Below the pieces are notes generated by a model that was given only the letters and a program-made list of their open reading frames with translations, ran no database searches and had not been told where the DNA came from. Both the position numbers and the translations under genes were made by a program. A stretch of DNA of 27,369 bases from Acidobacteriota bacterium. Its GTDB lineage: Bacteria > Acidobacteriota > CAIWXX01. This document shows positions 27,291-27,369 of this stretch, one piece after another. Location of the stretch: assembly GCA_040755995.1 (NCBI GenBank), contig JBFMAF010000047.1, positions 1 through 27,369 of the forward strand. Direction: 5' to 3'. Numbering within the stretch: the first letter of the stretch is position 1; every line of letters starts with the position of its first letter.

Positions 27291-27369
27291 GAAGCTGGAT
27301 GAGGTGAGTGTGGAATTTACGACAGACGTAGAGCACTTCTCGAAAAGTGTAGTGACCACCGACGTCGAA

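Overview
GC-rich bacterial window of uncertain taxonomy. It opens with about 1 kb of gene debris: an internally deleted integron-integrase-like gene, IS256 and IS91-like scraps, and an acyl-CoA synthetase scrap. Then come genes for secreted or surface proteins (glycoside hydrolase-like, RCC1/BLIP-II repeat + IPT protein, beta-helix protein), a stand-alone YcaO, a membrane alpha/beta hydrolase, an alpha-galactosidase-like GH, a TPR-CHAT protein and a B12-dependent RiPP-type radical SAM. The right part holds menA plus a CPBP protease, a REC-ANTAR regulator heading an unusually arranged split glutamate synthase plus DsrE, and a decaying TumA/TumE-like toxin-antitoxin pair. The most striking observation is a pair of unannotated small proteins (8090-8518 and 17350-18018, 9.5 kb apart). 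They share a homologous ~72-80 aa N-terminal leader and conserved upstream DNA blocks but have unrelated C-termini. One lies beside the YcaO; the other has internal repeats and lies directly upstream of the radical SAM. This looks like a modular, probably undescribed RiPP-like precursor/modifier system. A shared ECF-sigma-like motif (ATGAGGG-N14/15-GACGT) precedes both of them and two secreted-protein genes. All family calls come from reading motifs by eye; no database searches were run.
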